64,000 bases of DNA from an uncultured delta proteobacterium. GTDB taxonomy: Bacteria; Myxococcota_A; Polyangia; Polyangiales; Polyangiaceae. The position numbers and the translations under genes are program-made. The stretch is taken from positions 96,001 through 160,000 of the forward strand of contig CAVQUB010000002.1 in NCBI GenBank assembly GCA_963716725.1, given 5' to 3'. Numbering within the stretch: the stretch's first letter is position 1; every line of letters starts with the position of its first letter. Below the pieces are notes generated by a model. The model saw nothing but the letters and a program-made list of their open reading frames with translations. It was not told the origin of the DNA and searched no databases. Shown here piece by piece: positions 11,795 to 20,713 of this stretch.

Positions 11795-12646
11795 TCAGTC
11801 TTTGTCCCAGTCTTTCCAGTCCTTGCGGTTGTCGCGCCCCTTCTTGGCCCCTGCCTGATCGAGCTTCCCGCGCTTCTTCTTCTTCTCCCAGTCCGCGGTT
11901 TGGCTCGGCCCACCGCCGCCGCCGGCTGGACGGCGGTCCGTGCGAGCGCCGGCATCGGCTGGCGGCGCCGACGGGAAATCTGGGTAGCCTCCGCCTGGCG
12001 GCCCGCCGCGGGGCGGCCCGCCTCGATCGAAGCCGCCGCCAAAGCTCGGCCGGTCACCACCGCCGGAACCCGGCGCGCCACGCGGGTGAGCGACGTTGAT
12101 CATGAGGCCGCGGCCTTTCATCTCTACGCCACGCAACGCGGTGATTGCTTCGTTGGCGGCCTCTGCGCTGCCCATGGTCACGAACCCGAAGCCACGCATG
12201 CGACCGTCAGGCCCCACTGGAAGGTGAATACGCACCACCGGCGCCACGCCGTGCTCGGCGAAGACTGCTTCGAGATCCGCCTGCGCGGCGTCGAAGGGCA
12301 GGTTTCCGACGTACAGCGTGCGATCACCGGTATTGCTGCTGCTGAGCGGCCCCGGCGCGTCGGTCCGTGCGTCGCGACGCGGCGGCTCGGACTGGAACGG
12401 CCGAACGGAGATCGAGCGTCCCTCCTGCAGCGACCCGTCGAGTTGGTCGCGCGCAGCGCCTGCCTGATCGGAAGTTGCGAGGGTGACGAAACCAAAGCCG
12501 CGCGGGCGGCCGGTGTCTCGGTGCTTGGGCAGCGTCACGTTGACAACCGTTCCACCGGTTGCCTCGAACAGCTGCCGCAGCACGTCCTCGGTCATGGAAT
12601 CAGGCAAGCCCGCAACAAAGAGCTTGCGCTCATCCTCGGTCGACAT
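11795..12646 (-). CDS. RNA-binding protein with two RRM domains and a Gly/Arg-rich tail
   Basis: RNP2 LFVAGL / LYVGNL and RNP1 RGFGFVTL / RGFGFVTM, each present twice. Confidence 0.92.
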   Translation of the reverse strand: MSTEDERKLFVAGLPDSMTEDVLRQLFEATGGTVVNVTLPKHRDTGRPRGFGFVTLATSDQAGAARDQLDGSLQEGRSISVRPFQSEPPRRDARTDAPGPLSSSNTGDRTLYVGNLPFDAAQADLEAVFAEHGVAPVVRIHLPVGPDGRMRGFGFVTMGSAEAANEAITALRGVEMKGRGLMINVAHPRGAPGSGGGDRPSFGGGFDRGGPPRGGPPGGGYPDFPSAPPADAGARTDRRPAGGGGGPSQTADWEKKKKRGKLDQAGAKKGRDNRKDWKDWDKD

Positions 12647-12840
12647 GCTTCGCGATCCTCGTTCAGCCCTTTCCGGAGACTCCCACCGAGCGCAAGCCGC
12701 TCGTTGAAGTCGCATCAACAATATCGCCCGACCCTCCCCGGTTCAAGTCGCTACTGCTCCCGACCCCCCGGGGGGCACCCGGACGCGGCTGTCGGTGGGC
12801 GAGACGCCAGGCGCCGATCCGCGGTATAGGGGCGCCCCCG

Positions 12841-13767
12841 TTGAAGCTCCGAGTCCTCGTCAACCCCAAGGCCGGCGCCGGCATCGCCGTTCGCAAGATC
12901 CCGGTGATTTCCCGCGCCCTCGAGCGGGCAGGCCACCCACACGACGTGGTCGAGACCCGCGCGCCGGGCGACGCCCCTCGCCTGCTGGACCAAGCGCGCC
13001 AGGACGGGGTCACCTGCCTCGCCGTGGTCGGGGGCGACGGCACCCTGAACGAGGTCGTCCAGGGCTACCTCGACGCGGCCGGGAACCCGGTCCCGGGGCC
13101 CGAGCTCGCCCTGATCCCCGCCGGCACGGGCGGCGACTTCCGCAAGACCTTCGGCCTGGGAGACAGCGTGGACGAAGCGGTTCGCCGCCTCGGCGCCGCG
13201 GACGCGCGCCCCCTGGATCTCGGAGTCTTGGAGCTCACCGCCGATGACGGCGCCCGCGTCGTGCGCGCTTTTCTGAACATCGCGAGCTTCGGCATTGGCG
13301 GGCTGACCGATCGCATCGTGAATACGACCCCGAAATGGATCGGTGGTCGGGCTGCCTTCTTCACCGGCACCCTTCGAGCCATGTTCGCGTATCAAAACGC
13401 CCCGGTGCGCGTGCTCGTGGACGGACAACCATTCCACGAGGGGCCGATCTTCAACGTGGCCATCGCCAACGGACGCTTCTTTGGCGGCGGGATGAAGATC
13501 GCACCAGAGGCCGATCCGTCGGACGGCCAGCTCGACGTCGTCGTGCTCGGCGACTTCGGGCGAGCCGAGACCGTGCTGCTCTCGCCCAAGATCTACCAAG
13601 GCCGACACACGGAACACCGGAAGGTGCACGCCACGCGTGGCGCGCTGGTGGAGGCCGAAGCGCTCAACAGCTCGACGCGGGTGCTGATCGACTTGGACGG
13701 CGAGACCCCCGGGCGTCTGCCGATCCGCGCGCGCTTGGCGCCGGGAGCGCTGGCAATCCGCGTGTGA
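12841..13767 (+). CDS. Diacylglycerol/lipid kinase (YegS/DAGK family)
   Basis: VNPKAG, GGDGTLNEV, PAGTGGDF, NGRFFGGG, DLDGE motifs; TTG start chosen. Confidence 0.92.
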   Translation: MKLRVLVNPKAGAGIAVRKIPVISRALERAGHPHDVVETRAPGDAPRLLDQARQDGVTCLAVVGGDGTLNEVVQGYLDAAGNPVPGPELALIPAGTGGDFRKTFGLGDSVDEAVRRLGAADARPLDLGVLELTADDGARVVRAFLNIASFGIGGLTDRIVNTTPKWIGGRAAFFTGTLRAMFAYQNAPVRVLVDGQPFHEGPIFNVAIANGRFFGGGMKIAPEADPSDGQLDVVVLGDFGRAETVLLSPKIYQGRHTEHRKVHATRGALVEAEALNSSTRVLIDLDGETPGRLPIRARLAPGALAIRV

Positions 13768-13814
13768 GACTTCGCGGGCGTGGGGCGCAGCCGACTGCGG
13801 CGTCGCCGCGGCCG

Positions 13815-13835
13815 CGACTTACACCCGACTTACAC
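13815..13835 (+). promoter_or_regulatory. Tandem 10-bp direct repeat, candidate activator site
   Basis: CGACTTACAC-c-CGACTTACAC (11-bp period) upstream of a sigma54-like promoter. Confidence 0.45.
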
Positions 13836-13863
13836 GGGAAAACCGCGCAAACTTCGACATATC

Positions 13864-13879
13864 AGGCACGCGCTTTGCT
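13864..13879 (+). promoter_or_regulatory. Sigma54 (-24/-12) promoter candidate for narK
   Basis: AGGCACGCGCTTTGCT = GG-N10-GC, close match to TGGCACG-N4-TTGCW. Confidence 0.6.
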
Positions 13880-14000
13880 CCAGCCGAGAGCGAATGCCGC
13901 GGGCTGATGATTTCGAGAAATCCTTGCGTAGCGCCGCTCGGGGGTTGCAAGGGCTGCGCGCGCTCGTCGGCACGTCGCCACCTGCACCAGTGAGCACCCC

Positions 14001-15598
14001 ATGAAAAAGCCCGAGCTCGTCGACTTCTCACAGGCCCGAATCCGCACTCTGCATTGGACGTGGATCGCATTCTTCATCACGTTCTACGTCTGGTTCAACA
14101 TGGCGCCGATGGCCACGACGATGCTCAAGAGCGTCGACTGGCTGACCAAAGACCACATCAAGGTGCTGGCCATCTCGAACGTGGCGCTGACCATTCCGGC
14201 GCGCATCCTGGTCGGCGCGCTCGTCGATCGATACGGCCCGAGGATCACGTTCTCGGCGCTGATGATCGCGATGAGCGCCCCGGCGCTGGCCTTCGCCTTC
14301 GGAAACAGCTTCGTGCAGCTCTTGGTCGCGCGCTTGATCCTCGGCTCCATCGGTGCCGGCTTCGTCATCGGTATCAAGATGGTCGCCAACTGGTTCCCGC
14401 CGAACATGGTCGGGCGCGCTGAGGGCTTCTACGCCGGCTGGGGCAACTTCGGTTCAGCGTGGGCGGCGATGACGCTGCCTTGGATCGCCACGTCGCTGTT
14501 CAAGGATCAGCTGGGCTTGGGCGCAGACGCCTGGCGCTACGCCCTGGCCGTCAACGCGCTGGTCTGCCTCGTCTACGGCGTCCTTTACCTGTTCTTGGTC
14601 AGTGACGGCCCGCGCGGCCGCGTGATCGCCAAGGCCACCAAGACCGACCCGATGACGGTCACGAGCTGGGGGATCTCGCTCAGTACATCGTCTGGTCCTT
14701 CCCGCTGGTGGGCGCCATGGGCGTGCTCGCGTGGCGTATCTCCAACGTGAAGGTCGGCGGCTCGGCGCTGATCAGCCAGAACCTGCTCTATGGCGTCTAC
14801 GTGGTCCTCGGACTGGTCTTCGCCGCTCACCTCGTCCGAACGCTGCAGGTCAACCTGCCGGGCCTGAAGCGGGGACACGCTCCGGGCGAGCGTTACTCGT
14901 GGGGCAGCGTCGCCGCGCTGAACAGCACCTACTTCGCGAACTTCGGAGCCGAGCTCGCCGTGGTGAGCATGCTCCCGATGTTTTTCGAGATGACGTTCCG
15001 CGATCTTCTGGGCGCCGACGGAAACCCGATCATGACGGCAACCCTGGCCGGTCTGATCGCGTCGTCCTTTGCGTTCGTCAACCTCTTTGCTCGCCCGCTC
15101 GGCGGTTGGCTCTCCGATCACATGAAGAACCGCAAGCGCACGATGCTCGTCTACATGATGGGCATCGCCCTGGGTTTCTTGGGCATGGCGCTGATCGGCA
15201 AATATGGGCCGGTGGTCGAGGGCGTGCAGACCATCGTGCCGACCTTCGACGGGATGTGGTGGCTGGTGGTGGCGGTCATCATCACCGTCGGCTGCTCGAT
15301 GTTCGTTCAGGGCGCGGAGGGCGCCACCTTCGCCATCATTCCAATGATCCACCCCAAGCAAACCGGGCAGATCGCCGGCATGGCTGGCGCTTACGGCAAC
15401 GTCGGCGCGGTGGTGTACCTGGTCGTGTTCTCGCTGGTGGACGCCCGCACCTTCTTCTTCATCATCGCTGGCGGCGCGGCCTTCAGCCTCGCCTACTGCT
15501 TCTTGTTCTTGCGCGAGCCCGAGGGAGCCTTCGCAGAAGCGCACCAGGGCGACGTCGAAGATTCAGTTCAGGACGACGCGCCAGCTGCTGCCGGGTGA
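14001..15598 (+). CDS. narK: NarK/NasA-family nitrate/nitrite MFS transporter (frameshift in the G run near 14670)
   Basis: Nitrate signature AEGFYAGWGNFG and GMAGAYGNVG; adding one G gives TSWGDLAQYIVWSFPLVG and joins the two ORFs. Confidence 0.9.
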
Positions 15599-15620
15599 AG
15601 CCGATCCGGGCTTCGCCGGC
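15590..15620. terminator. GC-rich hairpin between convergent genes
   Basis: GCCGGGTGAAGCC-gatcc-GGGCTTCGCCGGC imperfect stem; no T tract. Confidence 0.35.
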
Positions 15621-15663
15621 GTAGGATTCGGCCGGCAACAGACCTGCGCACCGGCGCGTGGCC

Positions 15664-15864
15664 TCAGGGCGCTCCGCACGCGAGCCATTCGGCCAGGCGC
15701 CGGCGCTCGGCGGCCGGCGGGTCGTCGGTCCCCGGTGGCATGGAATCGTTGCCGAGGGCCGATCGCTCGAAGATGCGCGCACGCCAGTTCACCTCACCCC
15801 CAGCGCGTGCGGGACACGCGACGAGGGCACCGGCCACGAACCCAAGGACCCAGCAGCGGCTCAC
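15664..15864 (-). pseudogene. Short lipoprotein-like ORF, probable internally deleted small c-type-cytochrome-like protein
   Basis: Signal-like LVAC followed directly by SMPP..ER..LAEWLACGAP, a C-terminal motif recalled from myxobacterial mono-heme lipoproteins; no CxxCH. Confidence 0.45.
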
Positions 15865-15917
15865 GGCAGGACCTTAGGCTGCGCCCACCAATGACGGAAG
15901 CGCTTCTGGAAGGAGAC

Positions 15918-15945
15918 GAACCGCCAAGACGCCGAGAGCGCCAAG
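15918..15945 (+). repeat. Outer inverted repeat, left copy
   Basis: GAACCGCCAAGACGCCGAGAGCGCCAAG, three CGCC(A/G)AG units. Confidence 0.8.
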
Positions 15946-16012
15946 TCTACTAGTGCCGCCCGGCTGAAGTTCGAGTGGATTCGCCCCTGAGACCTGCGCT
16001 CATTTGGGCTCT

Positions 16013-16046
16013 CACAGGAAGGGCGGCAGAGCGGAAGGATTTGGGG
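16013..16046 (+). repeat. Inner inverted repeat, left copy
   Basis: CACAGGAAGGGCGGCAGAGCGGAAGGATTTGGGG. Confidence 0.8.
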
Positions 16047-16408
16047 TGGTCAGGCGTGAGCCTCCGCAGGCCATTTCTGAGCGCGGTCACGTTGAAGTTG
16101 ACGAGCAGACCGACGGGCAACCGCGAAAGGCGCAGATAGGTGATGACCTGCGCTTCGTGAATCGGGAGCAGCCGCTCGACCGCCTCGAGTTCCAGGAGGA
16201 TACGATCTGAAAGCGACCAGGTCGAGGCGATAGCCGCAGTCAAGGTGCACGCCTTTGTAGCGGATTGGCAGCGGTCGCTGCCGCTCGAACTCGAGCCGTC
16301 GTTCGGACAGCTCGGCAGATGGACAGGCCTCGTATGCGGATTCCATCAGCCCTGGACCGAGATGCCGATGCACCTCGATCAGCGCACCGATCACCTCGTC
16401 CGTCCCAT

Positions 16409-16441
16409 CCCCAAATCTTCCGAGCTTTCGCCCTTCCTGTG
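16409..16441 (-). repeat. Inner inverted repeat, right copy
   Basis: Reverse complement CACAGGAAGGGCGAAAGCTCGGAAGATTTGGGG. Confidence 0.8.
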
Positions 16442-16474
16442 CCATCCCCGTGTTGGCGCTTGCCACCCCCAATT

Positions 16475-16502
16475 CTTGGCGACCTTGGCGCCTTGGCGGT
16501 TC
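16475..16502 (-). repeat. Outer inverted repeat, right copy
   Basis: Reverse complement GAACCGCCAAGGCGCCAAGGTCGCCAAG. Confidence 0.8.
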
Positions 16503-16527
16503 ACTCCCAAGATCTTCGAGCGCGCCT

Positions 16528-17376
16528 TCAGCTCGAATCTGGCTCTTCGTCCTCGGTCGACTCCGGCTCCGACGCGGGCTCACTCCGCGCTCGACTCCAG
16601 ATCACCACGCCAGCCCCAAAGAGCGCGAAGGATCCCCACTGGGCCGGGGTCAGGTGGAAGTAGCGAGCGTCCGCCGTCTCCCCGACTCGCATGCGCAAGA
16701 AGTCGAGCCCGAAGCGGATGGGCGCGTAGACCGCACACATGCTGCCGAGGAAGAACCCCCACGGGCGCTCTCGACGCTGCAGCACCAAGAACGTGACGGC
16801 GAGGGGGAGCGTCAGCAACATCTCGAAGAGGCCGAGGTCGAGCCGGCCCCCGTCGGGATAACGCACGGCAAACCAAAGATCGCTGTGCAGCCCCGGGTGG
16901 TCGTGCGCAACCGTGCAGCCCAGCCGTCCGAACCACCAGCCCACGGGGAAGCAGCTGGCGACCACGTCGGCGTAGTGGAGCGCGGGTTCCCGGTGGAGCC
17001 GGCGCCACACCAAGAGGCCGATGGTCGCGCCTGCGAAGCCGCCAAAACTGCTGAGTCCCTCCCAGACCCGAAACAGCGATAGCGGATCGGCCAGCACCCG
17101 CTCGGGAAAGTAGAAGATCGTGTCGAAGAAATGGCCGCCGAAGAAGCCGAGCCCACCGACCCAGAGCATGAAGCTCATCAGCTTCTTCTCGTCGAGCCCC
17201 CGCCTTCGACCGTGGCGCAGCGCCAGCCAAGCACCGACGTACACGCCGACGGCCACCAAGGTGCCGAAGGGCTTGAACGAGAATGGAGCCGGAGGAAAGG
17301 TGCCTCCGAAGAAGCCTTGGGGGATCAGAACCCAGTCGGGGATCTGGATGAAGGGGATGCGGGGTTCGTGGATCAT
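16528..17376 (-). CDS. lgt: Prolipoprotein diacylglyceryl transferase family protein
   Basis: WEGLSSFGG, GRLGC..AHDH, YAPIRFGLDFLR, LTPAQW; ATGA overlap with the upstream gene. Confidence 0.88.
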   Translation of the reverse strand: MIHEPRIPFIQIPDWVLIPQGFFGGTFPPAPFSFKPFGTLVAVGVYVGAWLALRHGRRRGLDEKKLMSFMLWVGGLGFFGGHFFDTIFYFPERVLADPLSLFRVWEGLSSFGGFAGATIGLLVWRRLHREPALHYADVVASCFPVGWWFGRLGCTVAHDHPGLHSDLWFAVRYPDGGRLDLGLFEMLLTLPLAVTFLVLQRRERPWGFFLGSMCAVYAPIRFGLDFLRMRVGETADARYFHLTPAQWGSFALFGAGVVIWSRARSEPASEPESTEDEEPDSS

Positions 17377-18341
17377 GGACCGTGCTTCGTGGTGGGCTCG
17401 ACTCTGAGTTCGTCGTCCGACTCGGGCGTGGGAGCCGCGTGCATCTGGACGCGAACGCCTCGGCACTCGCGCTCGAGCACCACGGGGCTCACGGCCTCCC
17501 GCTGGCACTCGGCGCCAGCAAACGACGGCCCCAGCGACGACTCGACGATCTGCACCGCCCGGGCGATGGCTTCGGTTCGGGCTTGGGCATCGTCGGGACG
17601 AACCGGCCGTTTGTCGTGGCACTCGTAGAGCCGGCTCCAGAGCTCGGGGCCGCGCAGCCGCGCGCTGGCGACGTTGCCCCGAACCAGCGTCAGCTCCACG
17701 TCGAACACCACCTTGCGCGGCGACAGGCGCTTGCCGTCGGGAATGGCGTAGGGGAGTGACAGCGCTTTCGAACAGCGTTCGTCGGCACACTTGGCCACCG
17801 GCTCGAGCACGCGAAAGTGGTGAATCGTCTCGTGAGGCAGCTCGCTGGTCGGCATGCCAAAGCTGGGGATGGTCGCGAGGCGGTTGGACCAGTCACGGAT
17901 CTCGCGCACGACGGCGCGCCGCATCTCATCGGCGTCGGCAAGCTTCTGCTCCACGCCCAGCGCCTCGTCGAGCAGTTCGCTGTCTCGCTCACGGGCCATG
18001 CGCGCGCCGGCGCGGATCTCGAGCAGACGTTCGGCGGCGAGCTTGGCGTGGGGGCCTCGAGGCAACGCGCTCATGTAGGCCTCGAGGCCCGGTGCCGATG
18101 CGCTCGAGGTTTCGTAGTAGAGCGGCTCGGCGCGGTTGAACCAGGCCTTCACCTCGGCATTCCAGCGCCCGTCGGGCTCCCGCTCGAGATACTCGAAGCT
18201 CGCGCTCAGCCGCCCTTCGCTCGTGGTCGCGGTGCGAGTCCGGCGATACAGCTCGTAGTCGGTGGTATCGGCGGTCAGGCTCTGGGTCGAGGCTCCGCAA
18301 CTGGCCGACGCCAGCGCTGCAACGAAGATCCACCGGCTCAT
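17373..18341 (-). CDS. Hypothetical lipoprotein
   Basis: Internal ATG with signal MSRWIFVAALASASC; in this sequence it is in frame with the upstream Cys-rich ORF. Confidence 0.7.
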   Translation of the reverse strand: MSRWIFVAALASASCGASTQSLTADTTDYELYRRTRTATTSEGRLSASFEYLEREPDGRWNAEVKAWFNRAEPLYYETSSASAPGLEAYMSALPRGPHAKLAAERLLEIRAGARMARERDSELLDEALGVEQKLADADEMRRAVVREIRDWSNRLATIPSFGMPTSELPHETIHHFRVLEPVAKCADERCSKALSLPYAIPDGKRLSPRKVVFDVELTLVRGNVASARLRGPELWSRLYECHDKRPVRPDDAQARTEAIARAVQIVESSLGPSFAGAECQREAVSPVVLERECRGVRVQMHAAPTPESDDELRVEPTTKHGP

Positions 18342-18734
18342 CGGCGACTTCTCAGGTGGGCAGAAGTTGCACTCGCTGGCGGTGGTCGGTGACGCGTCGT
18401 CCATGTAGCTCGAGTAGTCGTCGCAGCTCGCGTGCCGAAGCGCCCGCAGGCAGACCTCGCCGTCGTGGACCAAGGGGTAGCATTCCTCGGGAAAGGCGGT
18501 GGCGACGGGGAAGCCGCTGTCGCACGCGCGGGAGCAGGACTCCGACAAGAGATCGCACTCTTTGCAGCGCGAGCAGTCGGTCGCCTTCTTGTTCGCGAAG
18601 AAGGCCGGCGGATCGAGCAAGTCCGGGCTCTGCCCGCAGCCGCCGACGTCGCCCGGCGTCGGCGCCATGCAGAACAACACGACGAGAGCGGCGAGCGCGA
18701 GCTTGGTGCTGGCCAGCGAGCAGCGCCCGGTCAC
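18342..18734 (-). CDS. Small Cys-rich exported protein (reads in frame into the next gene)
   Basis: Signal peptide, APTPGDVGGCG, about 11 Cys, ends CNFCPP. Confidence 0.6.
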
Positions 18735-19339
18735 GGGAGCACCTCGAAGTCCACGATCACTCCAGCCTGCAGGGACAACATCGGGATCACGCTGTAGGCC
18801 TGATCTTGAGTCGCGGCGCCATAGAAGAGATCGCCGACCAACTCGGCGGTGACGCCGATGCCGGCGCTGACCATGAAAGCGCCGCCCAGCGCCAGCTCGT
18901 AGCCCAGGTTCGGATCCGGTCCGATCACGACGGGCAGCCCCGCCCGCGCGAACGCCCAGGCTCGGGGCGGCAGTCGGTGGGCCACGAGGTAGGACGGCGT
19001 CACGACCTCCTGGGGGACACCCTGGAGCGCCACCGAGAAGTGCAGGCTCCCGCCGTGCTGAAATCCGTCTGGATCCCCGCTCGCGGCGCTCACCGAGAGA
19101 TCGGCGTAGGTGGCGCTCGCCGACACCGACTCCGCATCGTCTCCCAGCGGGGTCGCGAGCCGGTAGGGGTTATTGAAACGAAGGCCGCGGCCGACGGCCA
19201 GCGCGCTCATGAAGTGCAGGTAGCCGCCGTCTGCCGGGCGAAGGGCGGCCGCCGGCTCGCCCTTGGGCGCCTCGGCGCGGGCAGCACCCGCGAGCGACAG
19301 CAGCGCGAGCGCGAGCCCCCAAGCTCGCAGCTCAGGCAC
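18731..19339 (-). CDS. Hypothetical exported, beta-strand-rich (outer-membrane-like) protein
   Basis: Signal peptide ending ARA-E, amphipathic strands, C-terminal VIVDFEVLP; overlaps neighbours by a few bases. Confidence 0.65.
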   Translation of the reverse strand: MPELRAWGLALALLSLAGAARAEAPKGEPAAALRPADGGYLHFMSALAVGRGLRFNNPYRLATPLGDDAESVSASATYADLSVSAASGDPDGFQHGGSLHFSVALQGVPQEVVTPSYLVAHRLPPRAWAFARAGLPVVIGPDPNLGYELALGGAFMVSAGIGVTAELVGDLFYGAATQDQAYSVIPMLSLQAGVIVDFEVLP

Positions 19340-20627
19340 AAGCACGTTCGACGTCGTCAACGCTCTTGGGCACGTCACTGGTGAGCACGCTCGCACCCTC
19401 TGGCGTGACCAGCACGTCGTCTTCGATGCGGACGCCGATCCCGCGATACTGCTCTGGGGCGCCTTCGGCATTATCGGCCACGTAGATGCCCGGCTCTACC
19501 GTGATCACGACTCCCGTGTCGAGAGGACGAGCCTTCCCGTCGACGAAGTAGCGGCCGACGTCGTGCACGTCCATGCCGAGGTAGTGGCAAGTCCGGTGCA
19601 TGTAGTACTTCTTGTAGGTCTGTTTCTCGAGCACGGTCTCGATGGGCCCCTCCACCATTCCCAGGTCGAGGAGGCCTTGGGCGATCACGCGCACGCTGGC
19701 GTCGTGGATCGCCTCGAGGGTGACGCCCGCGCGGACCGCCTCGATGCTCGCGATCTGGGCGGCGAGCACTATCTCGTAGATCGCCCGCTGCGGTCCGCTG
19801 AACCTGCCGCCCACCGGAAAGGTCCGAGTCACGTCGGCTGCGTAGTAGCCGTACTCACACCCGGCATCCACGAGCAACAGATCGCCGTCGCGCATCTTTC
19901 GGTCGTTCTTGCGGTAGTGCAGGACGGTGGCGTTCGGGCCAGAACCCACGATCGGACCGTAGGCCAAGCGCTCGGCCCCGGCCTGCCGGAACACCGCGAG
20001 CATCACCGCTTCGACCTCGTACTCGAAGGCGTCGGGCCTGGCGGCTGCCATTCCCGCCAGGTGCGCGTCGCGGGTGATCTCGGCGGCCCGCCGCATCAGC
20101 TCCAGCTCCTCGCGAGCCTTCACTCGGCGGTGCTCGTGGACGAGCGTCGCCGGATCCACGATCTCGACGGGCCACGACAGGCCGAGTTTCGCTTTCGAGC
20201 GGACCTTGTCGATGGCGGTGAGCACGACGTCGTCGAAGCTCCGATCGCGTCCCAGCCGGTAGTAAAGACGTGTCGCGTTCTCGAGGAGCGCGGGCAGCTT
20301 CTGCGCCAGCTCGCCGATGGGGAACGCCTCGTCGGCGGCGAACGCTTTCACGGCGCCGTCAACGCCGGCCCGGGCGCCGTCCCAGACCTCTCGCTCCGGA
20401 TCCCGCGAGCGCAGGAAGAGCGCGTACGGCTTTTCCTTGCCGCCGCGCAGGCACAGTACGCTCTCGGGCTCGTCGAAACCGCTCAGGTAGAACAGATCCG
20501 AGTCCTGGCGGTACTCGTGTTCGACGTCGTTGTTTCGAATCGCCAACGGCGCCGAGGGCAAGAGAAGCACCGCGGAACCCAAAGCGTCGAGCACACGCTG
20601 GCGCCGCTGCTTGAAGTCGATGGTCAT
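19332..20627 (-). CDS. pepP: Xaa-Pro aminopeptidase (M24B)
   Basis: YRQDSDLFYLSG, VDAGCE..YAADVTRT, HYLGMDVHD, TVEPGIY, GVRIEDD. Confidence 0.95.
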   Translation of the reverse strand: MTIDFKQRRQRVLDALGSAVLLLPSAPLAIRNNDVEHEYRQDSDLFYLSGFDEPESVLCLRGGKEKPYALFLRSRDPEREVWDGARAGVDGAVKAFAADEAFPIGELAQKLPALLENATRLYYRLGRDRSFDDVVLTAIDKVRSKAKLGLSWPVEIVDPATLVHEHRRVKAREELELMRRAAEITRDAHLAGMAAARPDAFEYEVEAVMLAVFRQAGAERLAYGPIVGSGPNATVLHYRKNDRKMRDGDLLLVDAGCEYGYYAADVTRTFPVGGRFSGPQRAIYEIVLAAQIASIEAVRAGVTLEAIHDASVRVIAQGLLDLGMVEGPIETVLEKQTYKKYYMHRTCHYLGMDVHDVGRYFVDGKARPLDTGVVITVEPGIYVADNAEGAPEQYRGIGVRIEDDVLVTPEGASVLTSDVPKSVDDVERACA

Positions 20628-20713
20628 CGTTCACACATCCAGGGGAACCGCCGGTGGCCGGGGCGGCCAAAACGTAGTGGCGCCGGGCTCCGCCGTCGAC
20701 CGTTGGCTTTGCC

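Larger units (their letters stand above)
15950..16445 (-). pseudogene. GxxExxY protein (PD-(D/E)xK nuclease-like), frameshifted
   Basis: EVHRHLGPGLMESAY, YRLDL, then a frameshift near 16210 to ILLELEAVE..HEAQVITYL..GLLVNF; ELK changed to ELE. Confidence 0.9.
15918..16502. mobile_element. Inverted-repeat-bounded GxxExxY cassette (putative mobile element, decayed)
   Basis: Outer IR 15918-15945 / 16475-16502 (24/28 match) and inner IR 16013-16046 / 16409-16441 enclose the GxxExxY gene. Confidence 0.6.

Noticed and set aside
14660..14680. Programmed frameshift in narK
   Set aside because: A single missing base in a G homopolymer with no slippery heptamer or stimulatory structure; similar isolated errors occur at about 21953 and 45875.
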